Shown: piece by piece, positions 41,568-54,697 of the stretch
Numbering within the stretch: position 1 is the first letter of the stretch
How the letters are laid out: every line of letters begins with the position of its first letter
Assembly (NCBI RefSeq): GCF_006345805.1
Contig: NC_043019.1
Coordinates: forward strand, 7,439,360 to 7,503,359
DNA: 64,000 nucleotides
Direction: 5' to 3'
From: Octopus sinensis
Taxonomy: Eukaryota
Notes under the pieces: model-generated
What the model saw: only the letters and a program-made list of their open reading frames with translations
Told to the model about the DNA's origin: nothing
Databases searched by the model: none
Made by a program: the position numbers and the translations under genes

Positions 41568-41979
41568 CACACACAAATATATTTATATGCATACAAATAT
41601 GATTCTATATAAATATTTATATGTATGCATATACATACATACATACATATATACACACAAATATCTTTATTCTGCGCTATGTCAACTATGAATGTTAAGA
41701 TATTGTAGAGTTGAAGAGTATATTGTTTAATTAGCCAGAAGTTTTTCTTGCGACTCCAATTTCCACCTTCTGCAAACTCTATGGAATAATTCCGTGTTTA
41801 TATAATCGTTGCTGGTTTTATAAACATTGGCACCGTTTGATTCTCTCATTTTCGCTTTATTTTACATTATCAAATTTCTAATCTTGTTTTATTTATGCAG
41901 TTCTCTTTGCTTCCAACTCAGTAATCGCTCTAATATTTATTACTGCGTGCTTCTGTTCTTTTACTCACACACATATGTA

Positions 41980-42018
<39 letters not shown>

Positions 42019-42965
42019 TTGTTTTAAATTATTTATATTTACTTGTCCTCTTTTACTGATTCGTTGTTTTATATTTATATATTTATTATCTTTCACTATT
42101 GTCCTTTTCTGCAATCTCTATCTTGACGAGCGCCGATCACATTGTTGTATCCTGTTTTGCTAGGCTGAACTTTTGTGTCACATCAGTTTCTCTCTCCTAT
42201 ATTCCTTAATCGATTCATTCCGTATCTTGTATCTGTTTCTTGAGTACGTCAATTATATCTTAGATTACTAAATCTATCGATCTACCTACTTCGTGATAAG
42301 TAATTTTTCTTATACTGTGTCGGATGTTGGCTTCCACATGCAACATCTCAAAACTACAATTCGTTTTTATGATGTAATCTGTGTTGTTGCTTATTTAGAG
42401 TTGTCAGTGATGCACTTCCGTTCTGATTATCTTGTTACGTCATGAAAACTTTACCCTATTATTGGCCAGTTTATTATGTTATATCGGTTATTCTTCTTAG
42501 TTCAAAATGTACCATTATAAAACCATTGCTACTTCTCGAAATCATACGGAAATTATCTATACCCTGTGTTTTGTGTGTGTATGTGTATTTAAGTGCAGTT
42601 GAACTTCCTGGTTTTGAAGTATCAATATATTGTTTTTTCAATTTGTACTTATATATTTATACGTGTATATATGAACTGGTGTATGTATGTATGTCGATAT
42701 GAATATCTGTGTATACTTTTATTCGAATGTTTGTAACTAAAGAGAGATTAGGTGTGAACGATATCGAACGTAACGCAAGTATGTACAAGCCTGACATAAC
42801 AGATGATAGTTAAAATACGACAATTATGAAATAGTCTTCTATGACTGCACTCAAGCCACAAATAGTGTGTGCAGATAGTAAAAGTATAAAAGTATAATGT
42901 ATGTTCAAAATAATATACCGCAATTTCAAGTTACTAGCACTTTGCGTTAAAATCTTACAGTAACA

Positions 42966-43168
42966 TACGCGAGTTGATGAAAAGTTCCTGGCAAAAGGCC
43001 CGGCTGAAGGCCCAATCTTCCGAGTTCTTTAAAAGGGCTTCAAAAACCTGAAGGACTGCTGTAATAAGTGCATGAATCTAATAAGGGAATATGTTGAATA
43101 GTCATAATTAATTGATTATCCCATATTTTCTTTTACGCAAAGCCAAGTATATATCAGCAACCCTTGTA
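42966..43168 (+). mobile_element. Mariner-derived MITE (copy 2)
   Basis: TA-bounded imperfect TIRs tacgcgagttgatgaaaagttcctggc / gccaagtatatatcagcaacccttgta; internal DCCNKCMNLIREYVE* resembles a mariner transposase end. Confidence 0.7.
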
Positions 43169-43667
43169 ACTTATAGAAATATAACCGTTAGGTAACAAGT
43201 GCGATTAAGAGTTTGAATTGAAGAGATTGTGTGAGACCTTCAAAGCAGACAGAGGGGTGTTTTAAGCCATGGAAAGAATATGTAGCTGGGGTATAGATGA
43301 GATGTTATTCACCATGTTTGCAAGAAGTGTTCACTTCAACTTTTCGCACATGGACAGCAAATTTAGGGGAAAGGCCCAGTGCTAAGCTGGTATTTATTTT
43401 ATCAACAACGGCAATGTTTGAACTCAGAACGTAGCGTTGAGTTCTTGAGTTAAACAATTCAGCTCAGGATGCTCTGACATCACTTCGACACATTGACATG
43501 TAGTACACCACGCACCTGTCCTGACAACATCGATTTCATGGAGGGAGGGAGCTCATTGGCAGCACATGCATTTCATAACTATAAACCAATAATTTGTGCA
43601 GGTCTTTCGGCAAAAGCTGAACGCTCACTCATACGTCGTTGCCGACGGGGGAATCCATCATATATTT

Positions 43668-43857
43668 TTATTCTTTTATTTGTTTCAGTCATTTTGACTG
43701 TGGCCATGCTGGAGCACCGCATTTAGTCGAGCAAACCGACCCCAGGACTTATTCTTTGTAAGCCTAGTACTTATTACATCAGAATTTTTTACTGAACTGC
43801 TAAGTTACGGGGACGTAAACACCAGCATCTGTTTTCAAGCGATGTTGCGGAGGACAG

Positions 43858-43909
<52 letters not shown>

Positions 43910-44091
43910 CGGGCTTCTTTCAGTTTCCGTCTACCAAATCCACTCACAAGGCTTTGGTCTTAATGGTACTTATTCTAACCGTCCATTTGCCGAACCGCTA
44001 ATTTACGGGAAGAGAAACACCTCAACAGCGGTTGTTTAGCTGTGATGGAGGAACAAATTCAGAAGCAAAGACACACGTGCACACACACACA

Positions 44092-44128
<37 letters not shown>

Positions 44129-44281
44129 AAGTTTTCTTTTAATTTCCGTTTACTAAATCCTCTCACAAGGCTTTGGTCGGGCCGAAGCTCTGGGTAGAAG
44201 ACACTTGCCCAAGGTTCCGCGCAGTAGGACTGAAACCGGAACGATTTGGTTGAAAAGCAAACTTCTTACCGCACAGCCATG
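43668..44281 (-). mobile_element. Two adjacent SINE family B copies
   Basis: Family B motifs recur at 43668-43958 and 43962-44281. Confidence 0.85.
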
Positions 44282-44290
44282 CATATATGC

Positions 44291-44329
<39 letters not shown>

Positions 44330-44670
44330 TTCTCTCTATACATGCATGTGCTTCTGTGTATTTATGTATGCGTATACTTGTGCACGCTTGTGCTCATATA
44401 CACGAAAATGTTGGTTTTGGTAATTATATCTCCCTTCCAAGAATATCTCTAATTACTATTTAACTTCCATCTATCATTTCCTTCTAAATTAAACGAAAAC
44501 AAAGACAATTTTCTACGTTATTCTCAAAGGAGGGAAAAGCTCTCAAAGAATGATGCCCACCTACGTTTCACCCCACTCTCACCAATTCTCTATCTCCTCC
44601 TTTATCACCCTATCTCTCTCCCCCTCTCTATATATATTTATATATCTCCTTATCTAGCTATTTGTCTGTC

Positions 44671-44706
<36 letters not shown>

Positions 44707-44939
44707 TATTTATCTGTTTATCAATCTATTTATCTACATATCTATCAGTCTGTCTATCTATGTAAACTATCTATCTATCGATCTATCATCTTGTTTTTCT
44801 ATCAAATCACACATATATACATAAACACTCATGTATGAAAATATTTTTGCATGTATGTATATGTATATATATATATATATAATATATATTCCTGTATGTA
44901 TATATATATATTATATATATATATATTCCTGTATGTGTG

Positions 44940-44989
<50 letters not shown>

Positions 44990-44991
44990 CT

Positions 44992-45025
<34 letters not shown>

Positions 45026-45973
45026 GCATATATATATGTATATACATCTGTCTAATTTACACATATAGTAATCCCAAATCTATTTGTGTCAATCATTTGT
45101 TGTAACCCATGCCATCAAAAGCTTAAACGTGGCCCACTTCTCTCCTCCGGCCTGCACCGCTTTCTTTATCATCCGAATTAGAACAACAAGATTCGGGGGA
45201 ACATGATATACGTTACGTTCGATTTTATTTGCACATAACACGAAAGCCAAACTGGAACAAACCACGATGAGCTGGAACAAATTGGATGTTTGTATTAGTG
45301 GCTATTGTTTGTTTAACCTCTAGCATTTTTCCATTACCAACATCAAACCTCCCATGCAATCAACCCACCTCAAAGCTCATAGCAAAATCCTTTCAACATG
45401 TTTATTCTCTCAAGTAGAGTTTCTTCGTATATTCGTTCCCTCGAGAACTCGACTCTGCTTCGCGTAGATTTATTGCAAATGAAACTAAATCTTATCGGTT
45501 CTGTTGATTATTCTCTGGTGAAAATGTTCAGTAGCAACTTGAGGTGAAGGTTTATTATTCTCGCTCGCACGAACGAAAATATTGGACAGGTAAATATTCT
45601 TAAATAATATTTATCTATCGTTGGTCTGAGTCGCTGCGGATATAAATAGTATATATCGGCATGTGTATATTAAGATATATATATATATAAATATATTTAC
45701 GTGTATATACACATAAATACACATTTATTTATATATATATAAGGATATATAATTATTTATGTAATTATATATATATATATACATATGTATATATATATAT
45801 ATTGTATGTATATATATGTATGTATATATATATATGTATGTATATATATATTTGTAAACTCATGTATATATATATATGTATGTATATATATATGTATGTA
45901 TATATACACTCATGTATATATATATATATGTATGTATATATATATATATATATATGTATGTATATATATACAC

Positions 45974-46004
<31 letters not shown>

Positions 46005-46729
46005 TACATATGCTATATATCGATGTCTCTATACACACACACACATATATATATGTATGTGTGTATGTATGTATATATATAGACAGACAGACAGACAGAT
46101 AGACGTCCATATACATGTACGCATCAATCAATTTTTACAAGCATTTTGCACAAAATTAGCAATTTTCAACCAGTCTAAATATATCCTTACTCTGTCCAAC
46201 ATTAATGTCAACAATTGTAAATACATTCAGACTTAAACCGATCCATTAAATGTCAACTTTATTTCATTGTGTATCAATCAAGGTTCGATAGCAATTTGTC
46301 CAATCTTCGCGTCGCTACCATTTCTTTCAAATCCAAATATTAGAAACAAAAACACTCGCATGATTTTCAATGATAATTGGAATAGTAATACAATACTCTA
46401 AAACGGTATTTAGTGCTGAAGAACAAAACCTATTTCAGCTAATATCTAAAATCGAAATGACTCTCTCTCTACCTAAGTGCTATTCAAGGAAGCTCAAAAC
46501 TTGCCATCTTCGTACAACGAAAAGCTATAAAATCCAGCTTGCAAAACACTCCAACCCAGAGACATTTGAAAACATTCTTCCTCACTCAGAAGATGCAGAA
46601 CTCATCGTCCCTATGTTAAACATGAAATACCTGAGCAGTTTATTCATCGCGACCAGGTAAATTATTTATTGAATCCGTATCTCGCGTAACTGCACGATTT
46701 TTTCTTATATTGTGGTTTTCAAATATTGA

Positions 46730-47028
46730 TTTGGGGCTAATTAGGTTACATCGACCCCAGTGCACAACTGGTACTTATTTTATCTACAATGACACGATAA
46801 TAGGCAAAGCAGACCTCGGAAGGATTTGAACTCGGAACGTAAAGACAGACGAACTGCTACTAAGCATTATAACCGACGGACATTTTTTTTCAATTTCCGA
46901 GTCCACTCAGAAGGCTTTGAGCGAACCCAAGCTATATAAAAAGACAAATGCCCAAGGTACCACACAGCGGGATTGAACCCAGAACCGTGTGGGTTGGGGA
47001 GCAAGCGTCGTAGCACACCACCACGCCT
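46730..47028 (-). mobile_element. Adjacent SINE family A and family B fragments
   Basis: Family A at 46730-46866 (gaccccagtgcacaactggtac…); family B head at 46890-47028. Confidence 0.7.
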
Positions 47029-47604
47029 GAGACTATATATAGCATTCTTTCTAACCAAACACAGTTTATTCCTCACATTTTAAATTAAATATAGTTAATG
47101 GTACATTTTTTTTCAAACGACATTTCATTTAAGTAATTTCATAGTTAATCTTATTAACATCATCATAGCTACTACTACTACTACTACTGTTGTTGTTGTT
47201 GTTGCTATTTATGTGTTTTAACGTACATGTTTCTATACTTACATTTAATTGTTAAACCCAACCAAGTGATCTTTTTCTTTTTATCTTTTTTTTTTGTTGC
47301 ACTGTTGATTTATTAAATTTCCTTCTTTGATTTAACAACTTTGCTCTTTAAATTCTATCCATATTTTATACAATTTCGATGTATCCCGCCATGTTCTCTG
47401 TTATAACAATTTTAATCTTATTGTTTTACAAATTAATTATTTGTCGTATTTCACTTTATGCATTTAATAATTAAATTCATACATCTAAATAATAGAGGCT
47501 AACCAAATTACTATTATAAAACATATTTAATTATAAAATTTATATTTCCATATATACAACATCATCTGTACATATGTATGTATGTATGGTGGCTGGGTGA
47601 GGTG

Positions 47605-47666
<62 letters not shown>

Positions 47667-47739
47667 GTGAATTGAAGAAAACATTATTGGTGAATTGAAG
47701 AAATGGAGCTGAACGCAGATTGAACAGAAATCGTTTTAT

Positions 47740-47826
47740 TTCATTCTACACGTGTTTCGAAAGGCACAAATTACCAAAATCCGATTGAATAATGGGACCA
47801 TATTGTGTCTTTCTCTTCAGGAAGAA
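47740..47826 (-). ncRNA. Type I hammerhead ribozyme motif, fully canonical core
   Basis: Minus strand: ttc CTGAAGA gaaagacacaa…ttgtgcctttc GAAA CACGTG TA gaa. 11-position stem II with one mismatch, palindromic stem III CACGTG, GUA cleavage triplet. Confidence 0.85.
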
Positions 47827-48477
47827 AAAAGGAAATCCGTTGGAAAAACAAAAACAGAACAGAGGCGGAGCAAGAACAAATCGAACTATGCTCCTAAGAG
47901 CCCATGGCGAAACTGTTTATCAGTGTATGTTGAGAACCGGTGGCTGAAGAATTCAACGGGTCAGGCATCGGTCAATGATGTGGGTGAGGGTGTATAGATG
48001 TTCTTTGTGACCGAGAATAAAGTTCTGACTATTTAAGGAATATTGGATGTTTTATAAGGGGCGAGAAAAAATCTACTTAGAGACGTGTGTGTGTGTATAC
48101 TGTTCTATATATGTGTGTGTTGGCGTAGGGGTAGAAAACATTTTTTGTGTACGTGTGTGCGTTTGATCGTTCGGCTGTCAGTGGCTACTGCCGTGATAAC
48201 CGTTGGGTGGCAGAAAGAACAAAAATATATATATATTATGTTTTATGTGTGTGTGTGTTCATCTAAGCCTGCCTTGTCAAGGAAACCCCCCGCTGTGAAA
48301 AAACCAAGCCCCGGTTGCAACGGTTGCAACGCCAGATGGTTGTACCTCCAACCGTGCTGTTTACTGCTGTGATTTTTGCTACTAAGGTATCGGTTAAACT
48401 TTTGATTAATCTACTACAAGATTATTCATCTTTCTATTTCACATAATATATATATATATATGTGTGTGTGTGTATTA

Positions 48478-48755
48478 AGGTCTGTGGTCCAGAGGTTAGG
48501 CTGTTGCACTCACGACTGAGCAGTCGTGGATTCGATTCTCGGCCCAGGTGGCACCTTGTATTCTTGAGCAAAATACATTTCATGTTGTTTCATTCCACTC
48601 ACTCGTGAATAGGTAATATGTACGACGAACTAACCTTCCAAATATGGAGAATGTATGCGTGGTAACCTGGCCAGTGGTATGACATCACTCTAAAGCGAAA
48701 ATGATGTAAAGCACATAGTGATCAGCGATGTATAACAACATCTCATAGTCTTGTC
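48478..48755 (+). mobile_element. SINE family C-related degraded copy
   Basis: tggtccagaggttagg…gattcgattc head; tail gtgatcagcgatgtataacaacatct matches family C. Confidence 0.6.
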
Positions 48756-49061
48756 ATTTCACTTCATCAGGCCATTTAGTGATAGATAGATAGATAGATA
48801 GGGGGCATCCCTGCAGGACCGATCGACCGACCGGCTATAAACAGCCATAAAACTCCCATAATTTATTCTCTTCCAAATTTAGAACATCGGCTTTAGACAT
48901 TGACTTTCTTGATATAACAGGCAGATCTTTCCCGTCTTGTACGCATGAATGCAGTCGCTCTAGAAATTAGATCTACTTTTCTCTTCTAGCACAAGGCCCG
49001 AAACATATGAACGGGGTGGGGAGAATCGATTAGATCGAACCCAGTACTATATATATACATA

Positions 49062-49267
49062 TTCTTGTTTCAGTCATTTAACTGCGGCCATGCTGTAGTA
49101 CCACCTTTACTCAATCAAATCGCCCCTAGGACTTATTCTTTGTAATACTAGTACTTATTCTATTGGGCCCTTTTGTCAAAAGGCTAATATACAGGGATGT
49201 GAACACACCAAAATCGGTTGTCAAGTGATGATGGGGGTGGGACAAACAGACACACAAGCGTATACAT

Positions 49268-49299
<32 letters not shown>

Positions 49300-49750
49300 C
49301 ACACATGGTGGGCTTACACATACACAGATAGATACACGCGTATGCGTGTGTGCGTGTGCATGTGTCTGTGTGCGTGTGGGTGTGTCTGTGCGTGGGTGTG
49401 CCTGTGCGGGGCTGTGTGTGTGCGTGTGTCTGTGTGCGTGTGGGTGTGTCTGTGCGTGGGTGTGCCTGTGCGGGGCTGTGTGTGTGCGTGTGTCTGTGTG
49501 TGTGTGTGTCTGTGTGCCTGTGTCTCTCTGTGCGTGCGTCTGTCTGTGCGTGCGTGCGTCTGTCTGTCTGTCTGTGTGTGACTGTGTGCGTCTATGTGTC
49601 TGTGTGTGACAGGTTTGCTTCGATTTCTGTCTGCCACTTCCACTCACCAGGCTTTGGTCGACCAGAAGCTAAAAACAGAAGAAAAATGCCCAAGGTGCCA
49701 TGCGTAGTTCTACACCTGGATCCGTTTGGTTGGAAAGCAAATTCCTTAAG
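49062..49750 (-). mobile_element. SINE family B copy with expanded internal GT-rich minisatellite
   Basis: Family B ends flank a (GT/GC)-rich tract with a 64-bp duplicated unit (cctgtgcggggctg at 49401 and 49465). Confidence 0.8.
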
Positions 49751-50492
49751 GGCCAAATCGCAAAAAGTTATTTCGCTGGAAGGCGTCTGCAAATCAAAAC
49801 GGATAACAAATATCAGACGGAACGGAATAATGCTTCTGCAATTCCACCTAATTAATCCTAAAACACATTTGATATCATTACTATAATATCATTACAAAAC
49901 GAGATATAAAATATAGAAAGAGTTTAAAGAATACAATTCCATACAATCTTTTCTGCAAAGACATCAAGAATTTGTTGAGTTGACAATGGCAACGGAAGTC
50001 TTTCAACTTGTGAAACCTTACAATTGTTATCTGTTACTTAAACATAGGTAGTATTTCTACTACTACTACTACTATTGATAACAAGAAGAAAATGGTAATG
50101 GTAGTGATGATGATAATACCAACAGCAGTAATAATGATAATGTTATTGAAAATAATAATAATAAGAAGAAGAAGAATTCATTTTCTTTAATAATTACATT
50201 AATACATTCATACTTTTCGTCTGATTTTCTTTATCGTTGCTTGGTTCCTTTATTTTTGTTTTTCTTTTCTTTCAGTAATCTTCCACCTTTGCATAGTATT
50301 TTATTCCGAAGATATTTTATTCTGAGATTATTTTATGGAATCATGTTTTGGGAGGTGGGGGTATTTTCACTCACAAATATATTTTCGAATACTCGAATAC
50401 TTAAACGCCCACTCCATTAGTCTGAGACCGAGACGAACGATGCTTTGAGACTATTTTTATTGCGAGCACATATGTGTGCAATCAGTATATAT

Positions 50493-50770
50493 ACTCTCTT
50501 TTACTTGTTTCAGTCATTTGACTGCGGCCATGCTGGAGCACCGCCTTTAGTCGAGCAAATCGACCCCGGGACTTATTCTTTGTAAGCCCAGTACTTATTC
50601 TATCGGTCTCTTTTGCCGACCCGCTAAGTGACGGGGACGTAAACCCACCAGCATCGATTGTCAAGCAATGCTAGGGGGACAAACACAGACACACAAACAC
50701 ACACACATATATATATATACATATATACGACAGGCTTCTTTCAGTTTCCGTCTACCAAATTCCGTCTACC
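50493..50770 (-). mobile_element. SINE family B copy (young, 5'-truncated)
   Basis: Close match to the family B 3' half. Confidence 0.9.
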
Positions 50771-51047
50771 ATATGCTTCATGACAATAAAAACAATCATA
50801 ACACCAATAAAAAAAAAACCTCCTTTACGCAGGACGAAGGGAGCAAGGAAAGTTTCCGTTATGATTCAGCTTAGAAAAAGGGGATAAGGTAAGTATCATA
50901 AGGTAAGTATCTGAGCACCTGACAGAAAATCGTGTCCCTTTGTACGAAAGAAATGGCACTGTTCTTCCACTACTCAGTAGAGGGACGCCTGTCCGATTCC
51001 AACAGGTTTTGAGCTCCCTCAATAGACAAAATCCATGATTGAGTGTG

Positions 51048-51114
<67 letters not shown>

Positions 51115-51619
51115 CGTGTATCAACAGACGCACATGATTTCATACATATATACACAATAATCTCCTTTCATCTTATTCATTGTGTTGTTATCGCCGTCGT
51201 CATCACCTTCATCATTATTATCGTCGTCGCCGTCATCCACATTATTATTCTTGAATTGTCAATAACAATATTATCGCGCTTGATACATAATTTGTACACA
51301 TCTCATGGGAGTAGTAGTAGTAGTAGTAGTAGTAGTAACAACATCTTATTAATGCAGACTGATAAGTTATAAGACAATTGCTAGGTTTTCACACCAAAAT
51401 CTTTGTTGTTGAATACCTGCAGACGACTAAAGACGATATCGTGGGTGGAGGGCGAGGATGGATTTATAAGAAATTAATAATTTTTATCTCATAAATACAG
51501 ATAGTTTCGATTCTGATGAGGCCAACGGTGATAGCAACAACGATGAGGACAATGGAGATGATGATGACGATGATGATGGTAATGATGACGATTATTATTA
51601 TTATTATTATTATTATTAA

Positions 51620-52130
51620 GGCGAGGTGCTGGCAGAATCGTTAGCGCGCTGGATGAAATGCTTGGTGGCATTTCGTACATCTTTACGTTGTGAGTTCAAA
51701 TCCCGCAGGCGCTAACTTTGCCTTTCATTATTTCCGTCATTAAATGCGGCCATGCTGGAAGAATCACCTTGAAGACATTTTAATCGAACGAATTCACCCT
51801 CGTTATTTTATTTTTAGAGTCTGCTACTTATTCGATCTGTCTCTTTTGCAAACGTTTATGTTACGGGACGTAAACACACCAACATTGACTGTCAAATGAT
51901 GATCGGTAACACACACACAAACTTACCTACATACATACACACACACACACACATACATACATATATATATATACGAGGAGCTTCTTTCAGTTTCCGTCTA
52001 CCTAATCCACCCACAAGTTTTAGTTAGCCCTAGGCTGTAATAAAAGGCATATGTCCAAACTCCCATACAGTTAGGAACTGAACCCGGAACGATGTTGTTG
52101 GAAAACAAACTTCTAGCCACAATGCCACGG
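51620..52130. mobile_element. SINE family A fragment (+, 51620-51730) abutting family B copy (-, 51741-52130)
   Basis: ggcgaggtgctggcagaatcgttagc head; then tgcggccatgctgg…cttctttcagtttccgtcta…aacccggaac. Confidence 0.75.
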
Positions 52131-52838
52131 TTGCTATTAACTTAACTGGAATGCAGTTGATGCTGAAGTAATTTTATAACACTAACGGCGATCGATAAAG
52201 CTAACAAAATAAAAGGATGAAAATAATATGGCCTTCATTTTCCGACAAATAACGAAAGAGTATAGTAAGACCCTAAGATAAGCAATCATCTTTGGACACC
52301 AAACATTCGTATATAATATTGATAATTCTCTAGATTTTGTCGTCTTGTGATTCGTGTAACTGGGAATAAGATCTGAAATTCTCTCCATAGCAACCAAAGG
52401 TCCTGCTCGCTCTGTCATCCTCAATCTACCCATTGAAATTTTAGCAAACTGAGATATCGGTTCTTTTCTTTCCCGCTTCCGAGGGTAATTTTTATTAACT
52501 CCAATAACCATTCTCCTCATTACGGTTGCTATTTTAATTGCTTCATAATGATTTCACGTTCATCATCTCGTGGAGTATGGAACCTGTGCTTAACTATGTT
52601 ATTCGTGCAGAGAATGACCTTTGATAATTTTTCAATGTCAGTGTTAATTTCATATTAAAATAGTTAATGCAATGATAATTAAAATCGGTAATTACAAATA
52701 ACCAAGCGATGAAGATAAATATTAATTAGTAGTATTATTTTAATGACTTCAGTAATGGAATAACTATTGCAAATTAGCTTAGTAAAGTACACTCCAATAA
52801 ATATGTTGAAACTAAACTTATTTTATATCGTTTATTAG

Positions 52839-53129
52839 TTACTTGTTTCAGTTATCAGACTGCGGCCATGCTGGGGCACCACACTAAAAAATTTGAGTCA
52901 CACGAATAGAACCTAATACTCAATTTTTATGCTGTCTGGTACTTATTTTATTGGCCCTTTCAATCGAAACGCTAGGTTACTAGAACGTAAACACATCAAC
53001 AGCCGCTGTCATGCGGTCGCGGAGGCCAGACACAGACACGAATACACACACATGCATACAATACTATCCAAAAGTTTAGCATCACCGAAACTCATTTGGA
53101 AAAGAACATCTACAAAATGGAAATAACAC

Positions 53130-53161
<32 letters not shown>

Positions 53162-53327
53162 ATGACTGGATTCTTTCGGTTTCCGTCCACCAAATCGGCT
53201 CGAAAGGCTTTGGTCGGACCCAGACTATAGTAGAAACCGCTTGCGCAAGGCGCCATGCACTAGGACTGAACTCGGAACCACGTGGTTGGGAAGCAATCAT
53301 CTTAACGCCCAAAGCCACTCCTGCGCC
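52839..53327 (-). mobile_element. SINE family B degraded copy
   Basis: ttacttgtttcag…tgcggccatgctggggcacc…aaggctttggtcgg…agccactcctgcgcc. Confidence 0.8.
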
Positions 53328-53517
53328 TTTTGTTTCCGTGTGGATAATCCCTGACTATTTTCTCTCCGAATTTATCTCAAAACTGAAAGATTTGTTAAAC
53401 CATTGGAAAGAACGAATCCTAATGTTTGATCTTGTTCTCTTTGTTTCGTGTTCAAATAACAACGATTTCAAGTCAATCCTTTCGAAAGTCAATGAATTAC
53501 CAATCCCGTGTTATTGC

Positions 53518-53557
<40 letters not shown>

Positions 53558-54284
53558 TTTTTATTCGTCTAATTGCCAAGTTCTGGATATTTCTTCGAGT
53601 GAAGAGCGCAAAGACCCAGAGTATGTGAAACCATGAAACCATGAACTATTTGCTAAGACCAAGACACTTCCCTTTGGAGGGTAACGTAGTGTCCGCAGGT
53701 AGCGTAATTTCATTTCCGACTTTATATTACCTGCCTAGCGGACTCAACGGATTATGCAAGAAAATCGGAAAGAGAGCGGGCGGACGCACCAGGACGGGAG
53801 TGGTAAATATTCAAAAACGAAAACAAAATTGATCATTCATGAAGCTAGTGTTTCAGGTAAAAATGGTGATGGTGGTGGTGGTGGTGCCGGTGGCTGAAGT
53901 GGTCGTGGTAGTAGTGACGCTGATGATGGTAGCGTTGGTGTAGGCAGCAGTGGCGACGGCGGTGGCAGTGTAGGTGGTGGCAGCGATGGTGGTAGTGATG
54001 GTGGTGGTAGTTACGGCATTGTTATTCCTGTTGAATTGTGCTATTTTTTTCTTTGGTTGCGAAACAAACCGATGATTATAGAAATTTCAGCCTCGAGCAG
54101 ATCATCCTTCTTTTTCCAAAGAGCGTCTTCCTATTTTTTCCAATCTATCCATTCTTACTGTTTTTCCTTTTCTTCTCTCTCTTTTGGAAGAAGTAGGTCA
54201 TGACATGAGGGAGATTCGGCTACTATTTCTAGCAAAGCGAGAATACACATAGAGATTCCATCCTTCATTATGTTATAATGTTGG

Positions 54285-54598
54285 GTGAAGGCACGTGGCT
54301 TATTGGTTAGAGTATTCGACACACGGTCGCAAGGGCATGAGTTAGAGTCCTGGTAGCGTATTGTAATGAAGACATTTTAGTTCACGTCGCTCTAGTTCAT
54401 TAAGCTGTAGAAATGAGTTGCAACATCACTAGTGCCAAGCCGTATCGGCCCTTTTGCCTTCCCCTTGAATAACATCGGTGGCTTCTAGAAGGGAGGCTGC
54501 TGGTCTTCCATAAAGAACCTTGCCCGGATTTGTGCGTCGGGGGGGGGGTGAACTTTCTGGGTGCAATTCTATGGTCATTCATGCCCGAAGTGGGTTTT
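54285..54598 (+). mobile_element. SINE family D copy
   Basis: gtgaaggcacgtggcttattggttagag head; gctgtagaaatgagttgc…gtgccaagc…ctgctggtcttcc shared with 36619-36950. Confidence 0.7.
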
Positions 54599-54655
54599 AC
54601 GCTTATGAAGTCACAGAAATCAGTTACAGGAGAAGTCGCCATGGACTGCGATTGC

Positions 54656-54697
54656 TGCCTGATGAACGTTCGCATGTAGGGGAAACTCTTAGTAGCA
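54656..54697 (+). ncRNA. Minimal hammerhead ribozyme motif (weak stem II)
   Basis: tgc CTGATGA acgttcgcatgtaggg GAAA CTCTTAG TA gca; resembles the 12393-12430 motif. Confidence 0.55.

Noticed and set aside
46370-46660. 96-aa ORF ending at CAG|GTAAAT (also 45089-45280 and 52182-52520)
   Set aside because: No homology recognised; isolated donor-like sites are common by chance.
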